Part shown: positions 1 through 9,866 of the stretch, piece after piece | How positions within the stretch are numbered: position 1 is the first letter of the stretch | Layout of the letters: the number at the start of each line of letters is the position of its first letter | Origin: Craspedostauros australis | Taxonomy: Eukaryota | Assembly: GCA_030167865.1 (NCBI GenBank) | Contig: JALAGF010001309.1 | Coordinates: 62,001-114,278, forward strand | Length of the DNA stretch: 52,278 nucleotides | Reading direction: 5' to 3' | Notes under the pieces: model-generated | Databases searched by the model: none | Seen by the model: only the letters and a program-made list of their open reading frames with translations | What the model was told of the DNA's origin: nothing | Program-made: the position numbers and the translations under genes

Positions 1-1
1 A

Positions 2-1576
2 CGAGTTGGCAAGGAGAACGGGCTCACCTTCATCAACACCATCTCGAACGAACCAACGGTCGTTGTTTTCGAGGAGGGATACGTGTCGGCCACAGTGTGG
101 CCCGACCTGAACTACTGCGCCCTCGATGTCCACATGTGGGGATCGTACGACAAGGTCGAAACCATCCGAGATGCGTTGATTGCAGCCCTTGGGGCAGATC
201 CGCGAACCACGCAAACCTACCGCGTCATTGTCGGTGGGATGTACGGTTATCCCGGATTTGACGAGCAGCAGAGCCGTATTGGGCCGCCACAGAGTTCATC
301 CACGAGGTACTGTCACGACCTTGGGAAGCCAGCGTCGAAGGAGGAAGCAGCAGCAGCAGCCAAATCCAGCCTTAGCGTGTTCCTCGAAACTATGCCTTCG
401 CTGTTGATGGCGCCATCCAACCTCACTGCGGTTTTCTGCGGTCCAAAGGACGGCGCCGAACCTTGCGAAGCATTTGAGACGATCAGCAGCAGCGTCATCG
501 GTGCGGATGCATCTCGAGTTATTCCAATCTGGGGCTGCGATGATCTGATCGACATCGCTTCGTTGCAGGCGTCCCAACCAACGACGGAGGTTCTGAACGG
601 CATCAGTGCCATGACCGAGTGCGAGGGCAGGGTTCGGAAACAGCTGGAAGACTCCGCCAAGGAGCACGGCATGAAGTACTCGCAGATCGTGATGGATCCA
701 TCGGTGGAGTACCCGATGATGAAGATCATTTACAACGCTCTGCGAAGTCCACGAAGCAAGCGCCTGTTGATCGACAGCAACAGCATCATCGTCTCGGCGC
801 AATCGAAACGTGAGGATATGTTCCGCGCGAATATCATTCCGAGGCTGCGCCTGGCCTACAACTGGCACCCCATCTTCAGTGTCCAAACGGTGATCCGCGA
901 CAGCTCGCACTCAACATTCGTCAACGCCGTGTCCATCCTGAGTGTCGGCGACCCTGAATTCTTGGAGAAGCTGGCGAAGGCAGAGCAGAGCATCAACGAG
1001 AGGTTACAGTCCACGGATGGCAACGGTGATGAGCTTCAAGTTATCCGCCTCACGGCCGGCGAGGACTTGTTTGACGAGAATCATAACCCTCCACGGTTCA
1101 ACCATTCTCATTACGATTTCATGCCAGCACGAGAACAATTCGATGGGCAGTCCCCCATTGGACGGCAGACGATATTCCAGATCGACGCCAACGACGAGCC
1201 GAACGTGCCCGTGCTGTTCAAGGCGATGGAGGCGGCGTCCAGCTGGGCCAACTTCACCTCCACCCACTCCGCCATGCAGAACCACGGCATCGGGGACGGC
1301 GCAATCGTCATGAGGGCCTTCGAGCAGGGCAGCGCTATCGCCGTTTGGGGTGGCCTCTACCACGTCGATCTCATCCTGTTCTCCACCGATGAGTCGGAAG
1401 ACCTGGCCACGGGCTTTGGCGAGGCTTTTGTTTCCGCCTTGACAGGTGGCAAGCTGGGTCTTCGTGATGATCAACCACGTGGTGTCGGCCGCGTCATCAA
1501 CTTCCAAGTTGACATCGATGAAGACGTGAGCAATGCCGACAACTCCGACAAGCTGGTGAAAGTGAATCATGATTAA
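2..1576 (+). CDS. 3' part (5'-truncated) of a diatom-type polyamine biosynthesis multidomain protein with two degenerate S-adenosylmethionine decarboxylase-like domains
   Basis: Frame is open from position 2 (RVGKENGLTF...) to TAA at 1574-1576. VVFEEGYVSATVWPDLNYCALDVHMWG resembles bacterial-type AdoMetDC ([27 protein letters not shown]). A second, more degenerate copy lies near the C-terminus (GDGAIVMRAFEQGSAIAVWGGLYHVDLILFS...DQPRGVGRVINF). Confidence 0.75.
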   Translation, partial: RVGKENGLTFINTISNEPTVVVFEEGYVSATVWPDLNYCALDVHMWGSYDKVETIRDALIAALGADPRTTQTYRVIVGGMYGYPGFDEQQSRIGPPQSSSTRYCHDLGKPASKEEAAAAAKSSLSVFLETMPSLLMAPSNLTAVFCGPKDGAEPCEAFETISSSVIGADASRVIPIWGCDDLIDIASLQASQPTTEVLNGISAMTECEGRVRKQLEDSAKEHGMKYSQIVMDPSVEYPMMKIIYNALRSPRSKRLLIDSNSIIVSAQSKREDMFRANIIPRLRLAYNWHPIFSVQTVIRDSSHSTFVNAVSILSVGDPEFLEKLAKAEQSINERLQSTDGNGDELQVIRLTAGEDLFDENHNPPRFNHSHYDFMPAREQFDGQSPIGRQTIFQIDANDEPNVPVLFKAMEAASSWANFTSTHSAMQNHGIGDGAIVMRAFEQGSAIAVWGGLYHVDLILFSTDESEDLATGFGEAFVSALTGGKLGLRDDQPRGVGRVINFQVDIDEDVSNADNSDKLVKVNHD

Positions 1577-1882
1577 GATTGGTCTTGCGCAAGTGCCGGG
1601 AGAGTATGCACGCTCGTTGCAGAGTACTCTACGGTACTCTCCATGAAAAGGTTGTAACGGTAACGAGCAGGCGTTATTCTGGAAATAGAAACGACCAACC
1701 AGCAAGTATACTCTACTATTATTCTCTATCGTAGCCGTCCCTTTGGTCTCTATGGTGTGCAAGCGCTTGCCCAACAGGTATGGTACTTCTGTCTCAGCGT
1801 TGGCGTCGTTGCGGTCGATGGTGGGGAGTATTGCTCTGCACGCCTGTCCTTCTTCATCCATCCCATCGGCCAAGCTGGGTCA

Positions 1883-3253
1883 TCAATCGATGAAACCGCA
1901 ACATCGCCGCCACTGCTCCATTTGTATTCGCACCGCCCGCACCAAGGCTTGCTGTGGCGCGCACAGGGCCGGTTCGCGTGACTTCTGCCTTTGCTCCGGC
2001 GTGAGCGAGGACATGCGCGGGATCTGACCTTGCCCCAGATACACGAAGGAATGGTTGACCTTGGAGATCGCCGCAAGCGTGCCGAAGAATTCCATGGGCC
2101 CGTACTGATCCGGAAATATCTCAATGACCGAGCTGCAGCGTGGCAGGAACGGAATTCCTGTGAGCTGCGCGCCGTGGGGCGTCACGAGGATGTCGATATT
2201 GGCCAAACTTTCGATCTGCTGCGAGAAGGACATTGACTCGAAGAAGAGGACTGGTGGCCGGTACGGCAGATCGAGGGCCTCCTGCAAGTGCTGAGAGATG
2301 CTGTGCGCACGCAAAACACGCCGGTTTCCTTCACGATTGAGGATCGCGATGCGGGGTTGCAGGCTTTGTACGGAGCCCATCCTTTCGCAGAACTGAGCAT
2401 GGTACCCTTCCAATCCATGGACCTGCAGCATGCTGCGTCGGAAATCGGCAACGTCATCGTCGTACACCGCCCGATAATCAAGCTGCTTGGAGAACGCGAT
2501 AACCATCTCGTGGTGTCTCTGCTTGTGTTTGGCGACGTAAGCTTGCGCCGGGCTTGGAATGATTGAGATGTTCTTGGCCTCGAGCAGCTTGCCGATGCCC
2601 GCGGAGAAGCTGGAGGTCTTCGTGATGTGTTGTTGGATGCGCCGCTTCACCAGCAGGACGCGTCGCGCCTTGGGGAAGGTCCGCCACAACGACCAGCATT
2701 GCAGGATGTGCTCCATGAGATGCGGGAAATGCAGAATGAACGTGGAATCGTTCGGGGTGCAAACCACCGTCCGGATTGGATGGTTGTCGGCGGGCGCTTG
2801 GTCCTGATTGGCGTTCTTGGCTCCAAATTCCATGCCGACATCCGCGATCGCGATGGCATTGGCGTCGTCCCATAGTTCCGTGAGGTTGCCAACGAGCGCT
2901 TCGAAGACGACGTCCTTGTCGTACGTGGCGGGATAGCTGGTGATGTTGAAGATGTGCGGCATGGCGGCATCCGTGACATCGCAGCTGTCTTCGTGATCCT
3001 TGGTTGGTGTTGGATCGGCCGGCCACTGCAGCATGAAGGCCGGGAATTCCGTGATGTTTTGGATGCCGACTCTCCCATCTGCTTGCATCGTGAAAAGGAA
3101 GTCGCTGACATGGCTGATATAGTTGGGTCGCAGCATCACATTCGTGGATGCCCGGAGGCCAACGAGGACGAAGATGTAGGCGATGCCCATCGCAACACGC
3201 GGCGTCAGACACCGTTTGTCGACGAGCACAGCTCGTGATGAGGGCTGCAACAT
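1883..3253 (-). CDS. Glycosyltransferase family 61 (DUF563-like), type II membrane protein, 456 aa
   Basis: N-terminal hydrophobic anchor (VAMGIAYIFVLVGL); GT61 motifs RIAILNREGNRRVL, FESMSFSQQI, DILVTPHGAQLTGIPFLP and SVIEIFP. Confidence 0.85.
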   Translation of the reverse strand: MLQPSSRAVLVDKRCLTPRVAMGIAYIFVLVGLRASTNVMLRPNYISHVSDFLFTMQADGRVGIQNITEFPAFMLQWPADPTPTKDHEDSCDVTDAAMPHIFNITSYPATYDKDVVFEALVGNLTELWDDANAIAIADVGMEFGAKNANQDQAPADNHPIRTVVCTPNDSTFILHFPHLMEHILQCWSLWRTFPKARRVLLVKRRIQQHITKTSSFSAGIGKLLEAKNISIIPSPAQAYVAKHKQRHHEMVIAFSKQLDYRAVYDDDVADFRRSMLQVHGLEGYHAQFCERMGSVQSLQPRIAILNREGNRRVLRAHSISQHLQEALDLPYRPPVLFFESMSFSQQIESLANIDILVTPHGAQLTGIPFLPRCSSVIEIFPDQYGPMEFFGTLAAISKVNHSFVYLGQGQIPRMSSLTPEQRQKSREPALCAPQQALVRAVRIQMEQWRRCCGFID

Positions 3254-4585
3254 CCGTTTTCGCTCTGGCTTTCGCTATGCTGGCGCTGGTTGCGATGCTG
3301 ACGCTGCCTTTGCTGTTGTTGGGGGCTCTGTGTCGTTCGACTATCGCTCTCCTCTCGCTCCATTGCTCTGCCTGCTGCTCATTGGTAGTAGTATTGTACG
3401 TACACAATTATTGTTGGTTGTGAAATATCACAGAACGGAACAGAGACGGGTGATCCCTTCTGGATTGTTGGACGCGACAAGCAGCCGCTTTGTGGACGTT
3501 GAACCGCAACAGCTGTTGTGATGATCGCGAGACGGTGCGGATGGTGACTGTGCAGGGGTTCATGTGCTGCTCCGTTTGGCCTTGCACCGTATGCCAACAG
3601 CTGTGTTCGTTCTTGGGTTCCTGTTTTGACCGTTTGGTGGTGTCTGTTGTGTTTCCATGTTGTCAGTTTGTGGATGGATGTTTGCGACAATTTCATTTGG
3701 CTGTTTCGTTGTTGTCGTGTTGTACATACATACGGGACCATCCAACCTCACACAGACAAACAGAATCGACGGTTCCACTGTGCGTCATAACGAAGGCCAC
3801 GTCTGCATTCTTCAATGAGGTGGCCGGCCTAGTTCGCATGACCTTCTGCTGTGTCGTGTCGTCATCTGCAAGACCACGTGTTGTTTCCACGATTTCTGCG
3901 ACTCTGAATTAGGAGCACATACGCGTGTTGGTCTTGGGTTGCTTAGTTCGAAACACTGCGACACGATGACGTAACTCATCAACGCAACACGTGGAGAACT
4001 GCTGCCGCATCTGTCGAATCTCACTTATCGTCGACATGGAATTGTGACGAAGCACCATTCTTGTGTTCGTACGACTGCAATGAGAAACAGCATCATCGAT
4101 CCTCCGAACAGATGCGAACGGCGCAGTTGTTCACAATTCACGTGGTCTTGGCAACCAGGCCAACGCGACTGAGTTCGTTGGAGTGTAACGCCCAATCGCA
4201 GTAGACCAACGCAACAAGAGCAAATGCGCAAACGGCGCTGACGAAGAGACAGAATCACCGATCTATCCATCCCATCTGCGTCCACGTCGGCACACATCTG
4301 CGAAGTTGGACGCAATTCAACTTGCACCACAACAACGACGAATCGTACTTGTACGTTTGTGCTGTCTCCACACGATTACTGACAAAGGCTGATCGCAACA
4401 ACCCAACCACTCCAATGCCATAAAATCTCCAGAGTCCCAAACACACCTCACTTCCACACCCTCTCTCTTCTCTGCATCCATCTCATCTGTACACGGTATT
4501 CAAGCTGCTCCCAATCGACTCCTCTCGACCCAGCTGAACTGAACTGAACTTGTCTCGAATCAACGCCACCACCAAAGCAACAATC

Positions 4586-5293
4586 ATGCTGGACTCCATC
4601 ATCGCACTGAACATGCTGCAAACGCGCGCCGTCATCCGACAGCAAAAGCGCGCCAGCGACGTCGTGCGCTCCAAGCACATCAAGGACCTCTTCACCTTCC
4701 TGCAGAAGCACGACGAACACAAGGAGCTGCTGCAAAAGGCCAAGATCGTCGTGAAGCAATGCTCCCTGCGAAGAAAGATTGGGGATCCCAACTTCAAGAA
4801 CATGATCGATACCATGGAGGCGCTGCTGCGGGAGCTCGTCGGAGATGAGCTGTGGCTGACGGCGACCACGCCAGCGACGGCTGTAAGCACCAGCAGCGTC
4901 CCTGCCACCATCCCATCCACATCGCAGCATGATCAGACGACGACATCTTCCGACTCCGTCTCATCCAATCCACCGCTGTCCAATGACTCCGCCCTGCGCT
5001 ACGCCATCCTCTCGGACGTGCTGCAGTTTGTGCATCTCACCAACGACCTCCTGCTGCAAGGCAAGACCGCATCGGTGGTGGCGGCGGCGGCCAAAGAACG
5101 TGGCATCGTCCTCAACCCTCTCGACATGCTCAAGGACCCGCAGATAGCCCTCATGGTGGACGACGTCGAACCCGCAATCATGAACGTCGTGGGACAGACC
5201 CTGTACAAGAGCATCAGCGAACAGACGATACTGCAGCTGACGCGGTCGCTGTCGATGCTCGGGTCCCTTTCGGCGCTGCGAACGACCGACTGA
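4586..5293 (+). CDS. Hypothetical protein, 235 aa, with an N-terminal helical domain
   Basis: First in-frame ATG at 4586; strong C/G-ending codon bias; segment AKIVVKQC..RKIGDPNF....MEALLRELVGDELW recalls a family of uncharacterised diatom proteins (from memory, unverified). Confidence 0.7.
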   Translation: MLDSIIALNMLQTRAVIRQQKRASDVVRSKHIKDLFTFLQKHDEHKELLQKAKIVVKQCSLRRKIGDPNFKNMIDTMEALLRELVGDELWLTATTPATAVSTSSVPATIPSTSQHDQTTTSSDSVSSNPPLSNDSALRYAILSDVLQFVHLTNDLLLQGKTASVVAAAAKERGIVLNPLDMLKDPQIALMVDDVEPAIMNVVGQTLYKSISEQTILQLTRSLSMLGSLSALRTTD

Positions 5294-5319
5294 ACGAACG
5301 AACGAACGAACGAACGAAC
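5292..5319. repeat. (GAAC)7 microsatellite overlapping and following the stop codon
   Basis: Seven perfect GAAC units read directly. Confidence 0.95.
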
Positions 5320-6094
5320 CAACGGGCGAACTGAAGTAAGGGAACTGTACATACCAATCCACCCCATCCAAAGTTCGCCTCCGATTGATTCACACTACTC
5401 CACTTGTACTAGTAGAAACCTCTCCTCTTAGTCCCAGCCTTTTAAACTTCCAAAGCATCATTGTCTCATTCGTTTCTCTTGGCTTTCCTCGTTGCCTCTG
5501 CGTGAATACCCACGTCCACGTAGGCATCACTGAATCTGCCGAGCGTAGGGAAAGAACATCCGACATCTGATGATGGATGAAGCAGCACGACCGACTCTTC
5601 ACCACTTCTGGCTGACCCATACCTGAGGAGCTGTATTCGTATACAGAAACAATCACGTTTGAAGCACTCAAGTACCACTACAACTGCGAATAGTTCCAAC
5701 ACCTCCAAGTCAGCCAGAACGACACAGCGAATTCTCCGATTGCTGATGTGTTTGTGGAGTTTCCAATTCTCGTTTCCTTGCTTTGTGCTCGTAAGTACGG
5801 TACAGAGTTAGCTTTTTTGATAACCTGTTGTGCAAATTCCGGACGACCAAGAAAGAAGCGATTCGTCTTCAACACGCACAACGCCACACACGACACCGAC
5901 AACAACAACGAAACAACGAAACAACAACAACAAAACACTCACGCACCAAATCCCACCATACTTCCAAGTACGACCTACTCCACCCACCAGAGCTTCAAAC
6001 GTGCAGGACGGAGTTCAGCCACAGCATTCATACAACAACACCAAGAGAAACATAATACAAATCGAACAGCAACCATCCCAATCGAACAGCAACC

Positions 6095-6700
6095 ATGGCA
6101 CGAGGCAAATTCAACAAACGCGGCGGCGGCAAACGATTCGAGGCGACGTCGGCTGCGGAAATCGAACAGCGCAACCAGCGCCTGCAGGACTTTGAAGAAC
6201 GGCGTGAGAAGCGTCGCGCGGAGGCCGCGGAAGAGGAGATGGGAATCGTCGCGGAGGACAAGAAGGAGGCGGTCGTGGAAGATGGCAATTTGAATCGCAG
6301 AAAGAAGGATGCATCGGCGGAGGAGGACGAAGGTCCGCCCGTGCAGGTGACGTCCGAGGAGGACCACAAGAAGAACATGGCACGTTTGGAAGCCGTGCGC
6401 AAGCGTCGTGAAGTTGCGGAAGCGCGACGAAAGGAGCAGGAAGAGATGGAGGCCGAACTGGAGGAAGAGCGCAAGGCCAAGGTCGCCTCCATGAAGGCAG
6501 CGGCCGGCGAGGAAGGTGGCGAAGGCAAGAGCAAGAAGAAGAAGAGCAAGGCCAAGGCGATTCCCAAATTGAGCAAAATCGAGATCAAGAAGATGAAGCC
6601 GGCGCAGATGAAGGTGGAACTCAAGGAACGAGGGCTGGAAATTCAGGGAAATGCCAAGACCCTGACGGAACGTCTCCTCAAGTACGAGGCGGATCGTTAG
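6095..6700 (+). CDS. PP28/PDAP1-like (28 kDa heat- and acid-stable phosphoprotein family) protein with C-terminal SAP domain, 201 aa
   Basis: MARGKFNKRGGGKRF start and NMARLEAVRKRREVA resemble PDAP1 (DLARLAIIRKQREEA). KKMKPAQMKVELKERGLEIQGNAKTLTERL fits the SAP consensus. Confidence 0.75.
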   Translation: MARGKFNKRGGGKRFEATSAAEIEQRNQRLQDFEERREKRRAEAAEEEMGIVAEDKKEAVVEDGNLNRRKKDASAEEDEGPPVQVTSEEDHKKNMARLEAVRKRREVAEARRKEQEEMEAELEEERKAKVASMKAAAGEEGGEGKSKKKKSKAKAIPKLSKIEIKKMKPAQMKVELKERGLEIQGNAKTLTERLLKYEADR

Positions 6701-7497
6701 AGAGCGATGCGTTGCAGTCGAAGAGGCAGTTGTCGTCTTTTGCATTTCCTTGCGCATCATGCACTGAGGAATGATGCGATGCGATGCGATTGCAGTGAGC
6801 GCCGTTGTGCGATGATGGGGTGGAACGCAATGGAATACAGTGCAGTGCCGTGTATTGCATTGAAATGGAATGGAAATCAAAGTGGATTTCGAAGCGGTCT
6901 TCATTTTCAACCCAAGTCAATAAAGTTTGAAGCAACACTATTTGTACCATACCATCGTGACGCCACTTGCGCTCTGTAGATCAAGACTCAGTCTCATACT
7001 CTATGCTCCATGAACTGCTTTGGGAAATGTGAGATTGAGCAAGGAGAACAGAAGAATCGGAGCAGAGCAGAGCAGAGCAACAAGAAGGCGTTCCGCCTGC
7101 CGATCCCAGTTGGCCTCACCGCATTTCGCTTGCACAGTCTATCACTCGGGATTAGATGTAGGTACAACTCACGATCCAGACGAATGCGTGAATGACCCAA
7201 GCGTTGCCGAAAAGACTCCGATGGCTGCACAAAGTGGAAAGCAACCAAGTGTGCATGCAGATTCATCTTTGTGCAACTGAGGCCATCACCACCCTCTTCC
7301 TCACACAAATGGATGTTTGGATTGCATCATTGTTTGCATTGTTAGTCGCATGTTGGTCGGATCATCGCAGTCGTCGTCATCGGCATCTCGCAGAGCAGCA
7401 CTCGATTGAGAACACAGCACACGCAATTGCAGCAAACAAGATTGAACAAACACCAACGGCAGAAGCCAAAGCTCCATCCCGAATCTCATCCTCCCAC

Positions 7498-9571
7498 ATG
7501 ACGCAATCCGAGGCAACCTCAGCATCAGAAGCATCGACGACAGAAACACCCGCCAAGCGACGCAAGCTGGACGAACTTACCACAACAGCAGCAGCAGCAG
7601 CAACAGCGGCATCAGCAGCAGAAGTAACAACAACGATGAACTCCGAAGCGCACTACCAGCCACCATGCGTGATGAAGGGCAAGGCGACGTTTGACGCTGC
7701 CGAAGTGCAACGACTCGTGGAGAAGTACCCTCTGAGCGATAAGATCTCGCACTACGGCTACGGAACGGCGGGCTTCCGCTTCAAGGCCAACCTCATGGAA
7801 GGCCTCATGGTGCGCGTCGGCATCATCGCGGCCCTGCGCGCCTTTGGCGTCGACGGCGATGTCGGCGTCATGGTCACGGCCTCGCACAATGACGAATCTT
7901 ACAACGGAGTCAAGATGGCGGATCCGCACGGTGGCATGCTGGCCGCGGATTACGAGGCATTCGCGACGAAGCTGGTCAACGAACGCAATGTCACGCAGCT
8001 CTTGTCCACCCTGACCGACCAGATGGCCAAGCACGTCAACGGCGATGGCATTGTGCATATCGGACGGGACACGCGTTCCCATTCGCCGGCCTTGTCGGAG
8101 CTCGTCGTGCGCACGGCCCTCAGTATGGGTGCCACCGTCATGCATCATGGTATCATCACGACGCCCATCTTGCATCATTGTGTTCTGCATGCCAACGCGG
8201 CCGTGCATCTGCCAATCTACATCCCACCGCGTCCCAACACCAAAGGATATCTCGATCTGCTGGCGCATGCGTATTGGGGATTGATTCAAACGGCCACGCC
8301 GGCTGCAACACAACAACAACCGCTGGTCGTGGATTGCGCCTGCGGCGTGGGATACCCGCTGGTGTCGGCATTGCAGGAACGTATCCAGACCGTGTCGAAT
8401 GGCAAGGCGCGACCAATCCTGCCCACCAACAGTCCCGCCGATGGCCCATTGAATGACGGTTGCGGGTCTGAATTCGTGCAGAAGCAGGTGCAACCACCGA
8501 CGTGGTACAACGGCGACACCTTGCCCACTGATCGCACCTACTGCGCATCGTTGGATGGCGATTCGGATCGCATCGTCTTCTTTGCGCAAGATAACGACGG
8601 TGGTGCCTTCACCTTGCTGGATGGCGATAAGATTGCCGTCCTCATTTGTGCATTCCTGGAAGATCAGTTGAAGGTCCTGTATCAGATGGATTCCACTTTG
8701 CCCGCGTTGAGATTGGGCGTCGTGCAAACGGCCTACGCCAACGGTGCATCCACCAAGTATTTGAAGGTATGTACGGACCTGCATGTGTGTATGGACGCAT
8801 GTGTGACATTCTACCCTTTGTTGTGTATACCATACTGTGCGTGTCGGATTGGGAGAGCAAGAAATGCATAACTGACTCACCATCATCCCTTCTCCTCGAT
8901 GCTATTCCATCACATCCACACGCACATACGTACGTAAATACTGCACTACACTCCACCCATTCGCGCAGGCCAAGTTGGGCGCCGACAAGGTTCTCATTGC
9001 CAAGACCGGCGTCAAGCACGTCCATCACGCCGCAGTCGAGAATTTTGACATCGGCATTTACTTTGAGGCCAACGGTCATGGCACCGTCATTTTCGACGAG
9101 CAGACCTTCGGCAACCTCCTGCAGAAGTGTCCACCATCCGTCCGCGCCACACCAGAATGGCAACGCCTGCGACTGCTGCCTTCGTTGATCAACCCTGCCG
9201 TCGGCGACGCCCTCAGCGATCTGCTACTGGTCGATGCCATCCTCACGATCCGCGGTGGCTGGACCATCCAGAATCCGTGGAGCACGCTGTACCAGGACTT
9301 CCCAAGCCGTCAGCTCAAGGTGCCTGTGCCAAATCCCAAGCGCATCCAGACCAACTCCAACGAGACGCGGGCCTTGGCACCGGAGGGATTGCAGGATGAG
9401 CTGGATCTCCTCATGCAGCAAGGTGGCGGGCGTACCTTCGTGCGTCCTAGCGGGACGGAGGCCGTTGTGCGGGTCTATGCAGAGGCCACGACGCAAGCTG
9501 AAGCTGACAAGCTGGCCGCCGAAGCCGAAAAGCTCGTCGACAAGTACTGTGGCAACTACTCCAAACTGTAG
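7498..9571 (+). CDS. PGM3: Phosphoacetylglucosamine mutase; exons 7498-8766 and 8969-9571
   Basis: Motifs YGTAGFR, VMVTASHN, DCACGVG, SLDGDSDR, DGDKIA, VVQTAYANGAST, TGVKHVHH, IYFEANGHGT and RTFVRPSGTE. The phase-0 intron 8767-8968 (GTATGT...GCAG) joins YLK|AKLG in frame. Start uncertain (7498 or 7636). Confidence 0.95.
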
Positions 9572-9866
9572 CAAGCGCATGGACGCTCACAGGATACGTG
9601 TTTTTTACGATTATTGCGCAACTGCATGAGCCTCAAAGCACGAGTACTCTCTGGGTACAAAGGAGAAGTGCGCGTACCCCAAGCAAAGTTATCATTATTC
9701 ATGCCTCATGTCCGCCCTCCAAAACTAGCGTAACGTAATCTGGGAGCAAACCGGGACTAGAAGGCGCCTTCCATTCATAAGAATGATGTGATTACGCAAA
9801 GAGTACTCGTGTTTGTATACTCTACCGATGTTACGTATACTCCTCTGTGTATATTGTGAATACATT

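Noticed and set aside
7192-7497. Extra N-terminal 102 aa of PGM3 in the ORF track
   Set aside because: Non-coding-like composition; probably promoter or 5'UTR left open by chance.
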